This document shows positions 39,146 through 47,741 of a DNA stretch of 64,000 nucleotides, piece after piece (the first letter of the stretch is position 1; each line of letters starts with the position of its first letter). The notes beneath the pieces were generated by a model. The model was not told where the DNA came from. It saw nothing but the letters and a program-made list of their open reading frames with translations, and made no database searches. A program made the position numbers and the translations under genes. The stretch is from Desulfovibrio sp. (GTDB lineage: Bacteria; Desulfobacterota; Desulfovibrionia; Desulfovibrionales; Desulfovibrionaceae), in assembly GCF_041907885.1 (NCBI RefSeq), contig NZ_JAYRGM010000009.1, positions 6,176-70,175 on the forward strand. The letters are read 5' to 3'.

Positions 39146-39337
39146 AGCTCCCCCTTTTTGCCGCCAACACCCCACAAACGGCTGCGTGTTTCATGGTGCA
39201 GAGCCGTACTGCGGCAAAGACTCTGTCGATTTCAAGCTAATAATACAGGTGTGGGAACCTCCACGCCAGTACTTATGCAAAGCAAAAAACTGATTACAAG
39301 AATATCGTAAGTCTAAAATTTCGAATGGCAATAACCA

Positions 39338-39355
39338 TTGTGAATTAATACACAA
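39338..39355. promoter_or_regulatory. CRP/FNR-family type palindrome TTGTGA-N6-ACACAA
   Basis: 11 of 12 match to a TTGTGA-N6-TCACAA type site, about 200 nt upstream of the PAS-GGDEF ATG, inside an AT-rich spacer. Confidence 0.4.
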
Positions 39356-39420
39356 AAAGTGTTAAGGACTGTAAAAAAAAGAAACCAGAAATTGGCAGGG
39401 AAAAAGGCACATGTCATTAA

Positions 39421-39435
39421 TGTGACTGAATCACA
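39421..39435. promoter_or_regulatory. second palindrome TGTGA-N5-TCACA
   Basis: Perfect 5-bp arms but a 5-nt rather than 6-nt spacer. Confidence 0.3.
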
Positions 39436-39547
39436 AAAAAGAGGCGGGGGGAGTGCAGGCTCTCATTGGCAGGGCCTGCGCGTTCACCCGCAGCGAAGAA
39501 GGGGTGTGCATAAGCGCGGGGATATACGGCAGAATGTCGCGTGTGGG

Positions 39548-39892
39548 CTAATGACCAGAATAGTCGAGTACATTGTTCAACGGTGCGCTGTGCGCATCAA
39601 TGCGGCCTTGCGTAAACGTGTGCCGCATGAGCTGCCAGCCCTCCATATCAAGAACATCCAGCTTGCCCTGGTGTTCGGGCCGCAGATGGGCCGTAAGTGC
39701 CGCCAGCACCTCATCAAGGGGAAAGTATGTTCCTTCAAAGGAAAAGCGCGCCATATCGCCATCGCGTTCCAGAACGGGGATATCGTCCTCCTCGGGCATG
39801 GCATCGGCGCAGGCATTTTCAAGCGCCGCGTACAGGGCATCGTCAACGGGGTAGATGTGCCCGTAGACCTTGAGCAGGGGCTGTCGGCTCAT
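39548..39892 (-). CDS. hypothetical 114-aa acidic cytoplasmic protein
   Basis: The ATG overlaps the upstream stop (ATGA); coding-like GC3. Confidence 0.6.
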   Translation of the reverse strand: MSRQPLLKVYGHIYPVDDALYAALENACADAMPEEDDIPVLERDGDMARFSFEGTYFPLDEVLAALTAHLRPEHQGKLDVLDMEGWQLMRHTFTQGRIDAHSAPLNNVLDYSGH

Positions 39893-41385
39893 GGGGTGGC
39901 CTTGGCAGCGGGCTGCACGGGGGCGGCGCTGGGCGTGGATGCGGATGAATCTGTGGACGAACCGGCGGGGGAATCTCCACCCGGCTGCCCGGTGCAGAAC
40001 ATCTGGTTGCGGGCGGCGGCAAGGCCCTCGCAGTCGCCAAGGGCGCAGGCAGCGGTAAGGTCGCTGCACATGCCCTGTGTGTTGTTGCGCAGCATGCGCA
40101 GCGCACCGCGCGCCCGCAGCATGCGCACCCTGTCGGGCGTGCGCAAAAAGGCTTCATCGGTGGTGCTGAGGGCTGCGCTCAGGTCGTCTTCGGCCAGGGC
40201 CATCTGCTGCATCCGCCAGTGCCCAATGGCGCGGATGTATCGGGCGCGGGCAAGGCCTGGGGCCAGCTCAAGCGCCGCAGAACACGAGTGAATGCTGCGC
40301 TGGGGCATGCCCGCCTGCAATTGCGCCTCGGCCTGCAAGAGCTGCAAGGCGGCGCTGCGGGGCAGTGCCGTGGCGGCATTTTCCAGCATGGGCAGGGATT
40401 CTGTCGAGGTCAGCCAGCCATCGGGCGAAAGGCGCAGAGCATCCAGAGCCGTGAGGCAGGCGGAAATTTGTTGGGCAAGGTCGTCGGCCCTGGCCTGCGC
40501 ACGCTGCCGCGCGGCATCCTGCTGCGCGTCGGGCATGACAGGCGCGGGGGGGTGCTGTTCCAGCTGGCCGGGCGGGGTGACCTTGGCCACATACCATGTT
40601 CCTCCCGATCCAGGAGCAAGGTTTGCGCGGCCTGCACCCGTGGCAGGAGCCTCTGCGGCGGCAAATTCGCCGGCGAGCGGTGGGGTCTGGGAGAGGATTT
40701 GGGTCATGTCTGCCAAAAGCAGGCGTCGCAGCACCAGTACATCCGGGTTGCGCAACAGTCGCAGCAATGTTTCGGCGGCATCGGGCCGTGCCAGCAGGGT
40801 GACGGTAACAACCTGTGCGCCAGATGTATGGGCCGTGCCCGTTGCGGTATGGTCGCTCTCGATCAGCGGGGTGTACAGTTCTGCAGCCAGGGCAGTGCGT
40901 TCTTCAGAATCTGCAACGCCCATACGGATATCGCGCCGATTGGGCAACCGGGCAGAGGCCGCGTGCAGGGCTTCGATATGGGCGGTGGCCTCGGCGCAAA
41001 GGCGCAGAAGGTGCGGGGGCAGTGGGCCTGCCGGGCATTGGGCGCTGTGGCTGATGGGCGAGGCCAGGGGCAGGGGGCCGGGTTTTGAAGCTGTGGGTGT
41101 GTCGTCAGCGGGGGCGGTCAAATCCAGCCCGGAGGCCGGGGCTGTGGCGGAGCCTTGAGAGGTTCCTTCCTGCTCCGGCACGGCAGATTGGCCTGCTGTG
41201 GGCGTGGCTGCCGCAGTGACTGCCGCAGTGTCTGCGGGAGAGCCTGCGGGAGAGCCTGCGGGTGGCGCTGGCGAATTTTCGGCGGCGTACGCCGCGCCGC
41301 CGGTCGCTATGACCGGCGGCAGGGCAAAAGTTCCCAGCATGGCCGCTATGGGCATGCCGAGAAACAATGTACGCATGGCCCGCAT
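39889..41385 (-). CDS. secreted Ala/Pro-rich protein with TPR-like C-terminal region
   Basis: Signal peptide MRAMRTLFLGMPIAAMLGTFALPPVIATGGAAYA, a low-complexity stretch, then helical-repeat-like segments. Confidence 0.65.
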   Translation of the reverse strand: MRAMRTLFLGMPIAAMLGTFALPPVIATGGAAYAAENSPAPPAGSPAGSPADTAAVTAAATPTAGQSAVPEQEGTSQGSATAPASGLDLTAPADDTPTASKPGPLPLASPISHSAQCPAGPLPPHLLRLCAEATAHIEALHAASARLPNRRDIRMGVADSEERTALAAELYTPLIESDHTATGTAHTSGAQVVTVTLLARPDAAETLLRLLRNPDVLVLRRLLLADMTQILSQTPPLAGEFAAAEAPATGAGRANLAPGSGGTWYVAKVTPPGQLEQHPPAPVMPDAQQDAARQRAQARADDLAQQISACLTALDALRLSPDGWLTSTESLPMLENAATALPRSAALQLLQAEAQLQAGMPQRSIHSCSAALELAPGLARARYIRAIGHWRMQQMALAEDDLSAALSTTDEAFLRTPDRVRMLRARGALRMLRNNTQGMCSDLTAACALGDCEGLAAARNQMFCTGQPGGDSPAGSSTDSSASTPSAAPVQPAAKATP

Positions 41386-41389
41386 GGGC

Positions 41390-41974
41390 TTATTTTTTTG
41401 TCTCGATGGTCTGGACGATCTTGTGCGCCATGGGCTTGACCAGATCGCGCAGGGTCTCCAGCATCAGGTTGTCGGCGGCGCTGCCAGAGGGCAGGCCGGT
41501 ACGCGACTGTGACGCATTGAGCGATTCGCGCATGATACGTGCCTGCCTGTTGGCAAGAACATAGTTGGCCCGCAGCGAAGTGGACATGTCGGTGGCAGAC
41601 GTTTCACGAATGTTGGCTTCGTCGATCTGGCCGGTCACCAGAAAATCGGGGTTGCCCTTGCGCGCTTCGTTCACGCTGATGGAGTAGGAAACCTGCATGC
41701 CGTTGCGGGCCAGCTCGTCGGCCAAGGCCTTGCTTATCCACTGGGCGACATTGTCGGTGGTCACAAAGGCGCTGTTGTCACGGCGGGTGCCGAGTACGGT
41801 CTGATCCATGCGCTTGTCTTCAAACGTCACAACGGTCACACGGGGCGCGTTGGGAGAAGGAAGCACGGAAGCGTCCAGAGGGGGGGGCGGCAAAAGCCGA
41901 ACATTGTTGCTCGGCCCGCAGGCTGCAAGCAATGCCAGCAGGGAAACACAAAGAACAATGCGTAGATGTTTCAT
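41390..41974 (-). CDS. lipoprotein (possibly YajG-like)
   Basis: Lipobox LLAAC after [14 protein letters not shown]. Start placed at 41974. Only 4 nt separate it from the next gene. Confidence 0.7.
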   Translation of the reverse strand: MKHLRIVLCVSLLALLAACGPSNNVRLLPPPPLDASVLPSPNAPRVTVVTFEDKRMDQTVLGTRRDNSAFVTTDNVAQWISKALADELARNGMQVSYSISVNEARKGNPDFLVTGQIDEANIRETSATDMSTSLRANYVLANRQARIMRESLNASQSRTGLPSGSAADNLMLETLRDLVKPMAHKIVQTIETKK

Positions 41975-42248
41975 GACGGCCTCACGTAACTTGTATAGAA
42001 AATCTCCAGAATACTCTTCTACGCTTATACGCAAAATCCGTTTATTGCAAGGTTTACAGGGCGGTTCTGTCTGCCGTATTGCCGATAATTGCGGTGCAAA
42101 AGCCGCAAACGCCGTTTTTCTTCAGCCGTGGACGGGCGGTGTTCGCCTTGCAGGCCGTGGCCCCGCGTGCTACAGCCTGTCTGTTACGCTCCCCTGGTGG
42201 AGCAAGATTGTTATATCCCGCGCGCGACGCGTTTTTTTAGGAGCGGCT

Positions 42249-43523
42249 ATGATTGACCTCAAACTGGTGCAAAAACAGCCCGAAGTGCTGACCACGGCTT
42301 TGACCAACCGGCACTCGGATTTGGACGTGAACGAATTTTTGGCGCTGGACGCCCGCCGCCGCGCCCTGCTCACAGAGGTGGAGACCCTCAAAAGCCGCCG
42401 CAACGCGGCCTCGGCAGAAGTGGCCGCCAAAAAACGCGCTGGCGAGGACGCTACCGCCCTGCTGGCTGAAATGAGCGGCGTTTCCGACCGCATCAAGGAA
42501 CTGGACGTGGAAACCGCCCAGGCCAAGAGCGATGTGGAAACCTGGCTCATGCGCGTACCCAACCTGCCCGATGCCGCCGTGCCGGTGGGCAAGGATGAAT
42601 CGGAAAACGTGGAGGTCTGCCGCTGGGGCAATCCCCGCCAGTTCGATTTTGAGCCTCGCGAACACGGAGAACTGGGCGTTGCCCTGGGCGGCCTTGATTT
42701 TGAACGCGCCGCCCGGCTTACCGGCAGCCGTTTTGTGGTTACGCTCAAGTGGGGCGCCCGCCTTGAACGCGCGCTGGTAAACTTTTTTCTCGACCAGCAT
42801 ACCGTGGAAGAGGACTATATCGAAGTTTGCCCGCCCTACATGGTCAACCGCGCCAGCATGACCGGCACGGGCCAGCTGCCCAAGTTTGAGGAAGACCTGT
42901 TCAAACTGCGCGAGTGGGAATACTACCTTATTCCCACCGCCGAAGTGCCGCTGACCAATCTGCACGCGGGCGAAGTGCTGGACGAGACCGACCTGCCCCG
43001 CGCCTACTGCGCGGCCACGCCCTGTTTTCGCTCCGAGGCGGGCAGCGCGGGCAAGGACACGCGCGGGCTTATCCGCATGCACCAGTTCACCAAGATTGAA
43101 ATGGTGCGATTTGCCCACCCCGACGACAGCTTCAACCAGCTTGAGATCATGCGCGGCCACGCCTGCAAGCTGCTTGAGCTGCTTGAGCTGCCCTACCGCG
43201 TCATCACGCTCTGCACGGGCGATATGGGCTTCAGCTCTGCCAAAACCTACGACGTGGAAGTGTGGCTGCCCACGCAAAAGACCCACCGTGAAATCTCGTC
43301 CTGCTCCAACTGCACCGATTTTCAGGCCCGCAGGGCAGATATCCGTTTTAAGCCCAAGGGCGGCAAGGCCATGTTCCTGCACACGCTCAACGGCTCTGGC
43401 CTGCCCACGGGCCGCACCATGGCCGCCATTCTTGAAAACTGCCAGCAAAAGGACGGTAGCCTTGTGCTGCCCAGAGTCCTGGTTCCCTACATGGGCGGCG
43501 TAGAAGTGATTGAGCCCAAATAG
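42249..43523 (+). CDS. serS: seryl-tRNA synthetase
   Basis: [14 protein letters not shown] coiled-coil N-domain, class II core motifs ([25 protein letters not shown]). Confidence 0.95.
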   Translation: MIDLKLVQKQPEVLTTALTNRHSDLDVNEFLALDARRRALLTEVETLKSRRNAASAEVAAKKRAGEDATALLAEMSGVSDRIKELDVETAQAKSDVETWLMRVPNLPDAAVPVGKDESENVEVCRWGNPRQFDFEPREHGELGVALGGLDFERAARLTGSRFVVTLKWGARLERALVNFFLDQHTVEEDYIEVCPPYMVNRASMTGTGQLPKFEEDLFKLREWEYYLIPTAEVPLTNLHAGEVLDETDLPRAYCAATPCFRSEAGSAGKDTRGLIRMHQFTKIEMVRFAHPDDSFNQLEIMRGHACKLLELLELPYRVITLCTGDMGFSSAKTYDVEVWLPTQKTHREISSCSNCTDFQARRADIRFKPKGGKAMFLHTLNGSGLPTGRTMAAILENCQQKDGSLVLPRVLVPYMGGVEVIEPK

Positions 43524-43542
43524 GGCGCAGTGCGTATAGTAC

Positions 43543-43582
43543 AAAACCGGGCGCCTTCTGCGGAAAGCGCCCGGTTTTTTTT
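43543..43582. terminator. bidirectional intrinsic terminator
   Basis: AAAACCGGGCGC-loop-GCGCCCGGTTTTTTTT. Confidence 0.85.
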
Positions 43583-43600
43583 ATGAAAAATCTGGCTTGC

Positions 43601-44107
43601 TCAGCAGCGCTTCTGCCTGCGCCGCAGTGCGGCGGCAATCAGGGCCATGTTGGCCAGCAGGCTCAGGCCCAGCAAGATGCGCAGCGGTATGGAAAAGCCG
43701 CCAACGCCGGGCGTTGCCCCAGATGCGGCATTGTCTGCATTTTGACCAGCGGCCTGCTGTGCGGTGGGGTCGGCGCTGACGTCTACCGCGTGTTCTACCC
43801 TGTGGCCCATGTTGTCGGCCATGATGATGCGCCATTGCCCCTGCGCGTCGGGCATAAAGGCAAAACGCCCCTGCGCGTCGGTGCGTCCGTTCTGAAATTC
43901 TACCTTGCTGTCGGCGGGGCTGTATACCTCCACCTTGGCATAGGTGGGCTTTTCGCCGCCCGCATAGGCAAACTGCACCAGGGCCAAAGTGCCCTGCCAT
44001 GTATGGGCCGCGTACAGGGCGTGGGCATGTGCCTGCGAAGCCCCAAGGGCCAGCAGCAGGGTGCCCAGAACAATGGCGGCCACGTTGCGCGTATAAAAAG
44101 AGTGCAT
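43601..44107 (-). CDS. periplasmic beta-sandwich (transthyretin/carboxypeptidase-regulatory-like) protein with a C-terminal TM anchor
   Basis: Signal peptide, KVEVYSPADSKVEFQNGRTDAQGRFAF, C-terminal hydrophobic helix followed by RRRQKRC. Start placed at MHSFY (44107). Confidence 0.65.
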   Translation of the reverse strand: MHSFYTRNVAAIVLGTLLLALGASQAHAHALYAAHTWQGTLALVQFAYAGGEKPTYAKVEVYSPADSKVEFQNGRTDAQGRFAFMPDAQGQWRIIMADNMGHRVEHAVDVSADPTAQQAAGQNADNAASGATPGVGGFSIPLRILLGLSLLANMALIAAALRRRQKRC

Positions 44108-44213
44108 CAGGCAATCCTTGCTCAAACAGTTGTGGCAAAAAGCCATGCAGGCGGAGAAAGCACCAGCTCTCTCCGCCTGATTTCTTAACCAGCTCTGCGT
44201 GTGGGCTGCCCGA

Positions 44214-45005
44214 CTACTTTACGGGAAAAACATAGACGGCGCGGCGGTGGTGCTCGTCGGCATCCGCACCGGGGGTCTTTTCAACCACGGTGGTGCGCAG
44301 CATCCACAGGGCGGGGGCGTCTACCGTAAAGGAGGCCTTGCCCTGCGCGTCGGTCTGAGCCTTGAATTTGTAGGTGTCCTGTTCCTTGCTGTAGGCATCG
44401 TGGGTCAGGCCCACGGTGGCATTGGGCACGGGCTTGCCGTGCAGCAGAACCTGTACGTTCAGGGGGCTGCCGGGCTTTACATCAGCAGGATTGGTGAGCA
44501 GCACCAGCTCCAGATCCTGGCCCAGGGCCTTGCCATACAGCTTGTCATCATGGCTGGGGTTGAGCAGGGTTTTGGCGAATTTTTCGTACTTGCCAGAAGA
44601 CTTGATCTTCATGCCCTTGGCCTCAAGGGCGGCGCGGCTGCCTTCCATTTCGCCCTGGGTGGTTTCGCACCAGATCTGGGGCAGGCGATGGCCCACAAGC
44701 AGGGCAGGGCCGTTTTGGGCCAGGGTAAAATCGCCCACCAGAGCGAGAAGGGCCTTGTCTTCGGTCAGGGTAACGTCGGTTTTCTTGTCGTTTTGCAGCA
44801 CGTACAGGCGCACATTGGCGGGCTGTTCCGCCTCTTCGCTGACCATGTACACGTGGGCCGCCTGCGCCTGAAGGCGGGTTTTCTGCCCTGCGGCGGGGGT
44901 GGCGGTATCGGGCTTGAGAATGAATTCGTGCGCCTGCGCGCCGGTGGAAAGCATAAGACCCACAAGGGCCAGTGCGGTGCAGAGCTGGGTGCGGAAATGT
45001 GTCAT
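44214..45005 (-). CDS. DUF4198 / COG5266-like periplasmic protein (NikK/CbiK-like metal-uptake component)
   Basis: Signal peptide ending AQAHEFILKP (His right after the cleavage site), 263 aa, beta-rich. Confidence 0.65.
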   Translation of the reverse strand: MTHFRTQLCTALALVGLMLSTGAQAHEFILKPDTATPAAGQKTRLQAQAAHVYMVSEEAEQPANVRLYVLQNDKKTDVTLTEDKALLALVGDFTLAQNGPALLVGHRLPQIWCETTQGEMEGSRAALEAKGMKIKSSGKYEKFAKTLLNPSHDDKLYGKALGQDLELVLLTNPADVKPGSPLNVQVLLHGKPVPNATVGLTHDAYSKEQDTYKFKAQTDAQGKASFTVDAPALWMLRTTVVEKTPGADADEHHRRAVYVFPVK

Positions 45006-45018
45006 CGGGGGCTCCTCT

Positions 45019-45077
45019 GTGTTACGAAAATTTAATACATGTTATAGCTATGAATACGAATTTGCAAGTCGTAACAC
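45019..45077 (-). promoter_or_regulatory. perfect 9-bp inverted repeat GTGTTACGA/TCGTAACAC bracketing a sigma-70-like promoter
   Basis: Minus strand: GTGTTACGA-c-TTGCAA-N17-TAACAT-N11-TCGTAACAC, then 3 nt, GAGGAGCC SD and ATG. Confidence 0.45.
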
Positions 45078-45086
45078 ATAAGAAAA

Positions 45087-45110
45087 TGAAAAAGCCCGCC
45101 AGAGGCGGGC
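45087..45110 (-). terminator. intrinsic terminator after the aldolase-family gene
   Basis: GCCCGCC-tct-GGCGGGC followed on the minus strand by TTTTTCATTTTC. Confidence 0.75.
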
Positions 45111-45135
45111 AAACAGAGGCGCTTAAAATTTATTG

Positions 45136-45768
45136 TCAAACCGTGGCCAGTATCTGCAAGGCTGCCAGGTGCTCCAGTTCTTCGGCCAGGCACAAGGCAT
45201 CGCCCAGAGTGCGGCCAAGGCAGCACAGGCCATGCCCGGCCATCCACACGGCATCCTTGCCGCTGGCGGCCTGGGCCACGGCCTCGGCAAGTTCTGCCGT
45301 ACCGGGGGGCAGGGCAGGGGCAAAGCCAAGCTTTGCCCGCCACACGTCGGCCTCAAAAAGCGGCAGACGCAAAAAGTCTTCCTGCCTACCGGCCAGGCGC
45401 AGGCTCAGAGCCAGCAGGCGGCGGGGGTGGGTGTGCAGAATGGCAGAGCAGTCTGGCCGGGCGCGGTAGATGGCCAGATGCATGCCCGATTCTGTGGATG
45501 CTGGCCCGCCAAGCACGGCAGCACCGGTGTTCACATCCATTAGGCAGCAGTCGGCGGCCGTCAGCCTTCCCTTGGACGCACCGCTACGGGTTATGCAGAT
45601 GAGGTTGGGCGTGGTGTCCCCCAAACGCTGGCTGGCATTGCCGTTACAGCCAGAGAGCAGCCCCTGTTTCCAGGCATCGCGGCACACAGCCCGAAAGTTC
45701 TCGGCCATGCTGGCAGGCACACAAAGCTGTTCTGCGCCGCAAGGGGCGGCCTGCTGTGGAGTACTCAT
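45136..45768 (-). CDS. class II aldolase/adducin-family protein
   Basis: GNASQRL, ITRSGASKG, ESGMHLAIY, AILHTHP. Confidence 0.8.
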   Translation of the reverse strand: MSTPQQAAPCGAEQLCVPASMAENFRAVCRDAWKQGLLSGCNGNASQRLGDTTPNLICITRSGASKGRLTAADCCLMDVNTGAAVLGGPASTESGMHLAIYRARPDCSAILHTHPRRLLALSLRLAGRQEDFLRLPLFEADVWRAKLGFAPALPPGTAELAEAVAQAASGKDAVWMAGHGLCCLGRTLGDALCLAEELEHLAALQILATV

Positions 45769-45780
45769 GGAAAAGTTCCT

Positions 45781-46674
45781 TTATTTTTGCCAGCCGCTCA
45801 GGTCAAGCTGCGAAAGCTCGCCCACCTGACTGGCATCCACGCTGCTGACAAGGCGCACCATAAGACGTTGCAGCGCCTTGTAAGCGGGGTTGAGGGTAAA
45901 GGTCGGGCCTTCTGCGCCCATGGCGGGCAGATATTTGCGCCCCACCTTGAGGGGGATGACGCCCTTTTCATACAGCAGCAGATACATGAGGTAGGCCTTG
46001 GTTCCTGAAAGGTCGGCGGTGTGGCTGACCCGCTTGCGGTCTTCCTGCTGCGGATCCACAAATTCCGGCTCTGCTCCAAGGTGGAGCAGGGCATCCTGCT
46101 GTGGGGCGTAGGCCAGTGTGTAGCCCGCCTTGCGGGCACGCCAGCTGTATTCAAGGTCTTCGTAACCATAGCGGCCAAAGCCCTCGTTCCAGAAGCCAAG
46201 CTGTTCGTGTACGGCGCGGGGAATACAGGCACAGGCGCCGTTGCAGCAGGGCACAGCAAGAGCGGTGGAGTCGTCGGCCAGCACAATGGGCGTACCCTCA
46301 TGCCTGGAGAAAAGCCTGTAGCCCGCCATGCCCAGCCGGGGATTGTCGGTCAGCATGTGCATGAGGCGGTTGAGCCACTGCGGGTCGAGCACTTCCACGT
46401 CGTTGTCGAGCTTGACGTAAAAATCCGCCCCGGCGGCATCGTCCCAGGCGAGGTTTGCGGCCACAGCCACGCCCATGTTGCGCCGCAAAAGGTGCAGCCG
46501 CACGTGCGGATGGGCGCGGGCCAGATCCTGTAAATATATCTGCGTGCCGTCTGTGCTGCCGTTGTCCACAATGCTCAGGCCATAGCCCGGCGGGGTTTTT
46601 TGCAGCAGGCTGGCAAGGCAGAGCTGCGTAAGCTCAAGCCTGTTCCAGGTAACTACGCCAATGTGCGCGCGCAC
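45781..46674 (-). CDS. family 2 glycosyltransferase
   Basis: IGVVTWNRLELTQLCLASL...IVDNGSTDGT...KLDNDV. Most plausible start is GTG 46674, 2 nt after the thiL stop; the longer track ORF overlaps thiL. Confidence 0.7.
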   Translation of the reverse strand: MRAHIGVVTWNRLELTQLCLASLLQKTPPGYGLSIVDNGSTDGTQIYLQDLARAHPHVRLHLLRRNMGVAVAANLAWDDAAGADFYVKLDNDVEVLDPQWLNRLMHMLTDNPRLGMAGYRLFSRHEGTPIVLADDSTALAVPCCNGACACIPRAVHEQLGFWNEGFGRYGYEDLEYSWRARKAGYTLAYAPQQDALLHLGAEPEFVDPQQEDRKRVSHTADLSGTKAYLMYLLLYEKGVIPLKVGRKYLPAMGAEGPTFTLNPAYKALQRLMVRLVSSVDASQVGELSQLDLSGWQK

Positions 46675-46675
46675 G

Positions 46676-47740
46676 TCAGGCCCCCTGCGGGCTGCTGTCA
46701 AAATGGTCAAAGCCCCGCAAGGACGCGAGCCTGTCCAGAGGTTCGTTGTTGCACACAAGGCCGCCGCCCGCAGTGACAACGCCAATGCTCGTAAGCCCCG
46801 GAATGGCCGCGTGCAGGGGGGGCAGCATGTCTGGCGCGCACGTGCCCAGCAGGGCATAGTCCTCGCCGCCCAGCAGGGCCTCGTGAACAGGATTTTTGCC
46901 CTGAATTTCGGCATGGCGCACCACTTCCGGGTGCAACTGGCCACGGGCCAGCAAAATCTCTGCTCCCAGTGTGCCGCGCCCGGAGGCTCCGCCCGCGCTC
47001 AGCTCGCCGGTGAGGCCCAGCAGGCGGGGCAGATCGCGCATGACACCGTCTGAAACATCCATCAGCGCCGGGGGCCGTGCGTTAAAACCCGCTCGTGCCA
47101 GCATGAGCCCCGCATCCACCTGTGGTTCGGGGTGCAGATGGGCGGCGCAGGCCGCAGGCCAGTCTTCAATGGCGGCGCGGCCCTGGGCTTCCAGCATGCT
47201 CAGGCCCACACGGGCGAGGCCAAGCCGCCCCACCACAAAGAGCACGTCGCCCGGCATGCTGCCGCCACGGGTCAGGAAATTGCCGGGGTCTGCCGGTTCG
47301 CCCCACACGGTTACAGAAATATGCAGCCGCTCGCAGCTGGAAAGGTCGCCCCCGGCCAGCACCATGTTGTGCCCGGCGGCAAGGCCTGCCATGCCGGAAA
47401 AAAAGGCATCAAGCCATGCGGTGTCCACCCAGCGCGGCAGGCCCAGGCACAGGGTAAAGCCGACAGGACGCGCGCCGCAGGCTGCAAGGTCGCTCACATT
47501 GACAGCCAGGGCCTTGTAGCCCGTTTCTGCGGGGGTAAAGTACGAGCGGCGAAAGTGTACGTCCTCCAGAAACATGTCGCTGCTGACCGCCAGCGGGCGC
47601 GTACCCTTGAGCACGGCGCAGTCGTCACCACGGCCCAGCAGCAGCGATGGCCCGGTCTGCGGAAAATGCCTGCCCAGACAAGCCAGTATGCTGTCTTCAG
47701 AAAGTGCGCCCTGGGGGGCTGAAGCGTGGGGCGTGGCCAT
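46676..47740 (-). CDS. thiL: thiamine-monophosphate kinase
   Basis: GRGDDCAVL, DMFLEDVHF, YKALAVNVSDLAA, GGDLS. Confidence 0.9.
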   Translation of the reverse strand: MATPHASAPQGALSEDSILACLGRHFPQTGPSLLLGRGDDCAVLKGTRPLAVSSDMFLEDVHFRRSYFTPAETGYKALAVNVSDLAACGARPVGFTLCLGLPRWVDTAWLDAFFSGMAGLAAGHNMVLAGGDLSSCERLHISVTVWGEPADPGNFLTRGGSMPGDVLFVVGRLGLARVGLSMLEAQGRAAIEDWPAACAAHLHPEPQVDAGLMLARAGFNARPPALMDVSDGVMRDLPRLLGLTGELSAGGASGRGTLGAEILLARGQLHPEVVRHAEIQGKNPVHEALLGGEDYALLGTCAPDMLPPLHAAIPGLTSIGVVTAGGGLVCNNEPLDRLASLRGFDHFDSSPQGA

Positions 47741-47741
47741 G

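Noticed and set aside
42081-42088. Exact GCCGATAA (sigma-28 -10 consensus) upstream of serS.
   Set aside because: There is no TAAA-type -35 element at the required 11-nt spacing, and a FliA-dependent serS is implausible. It is probably a chance match.
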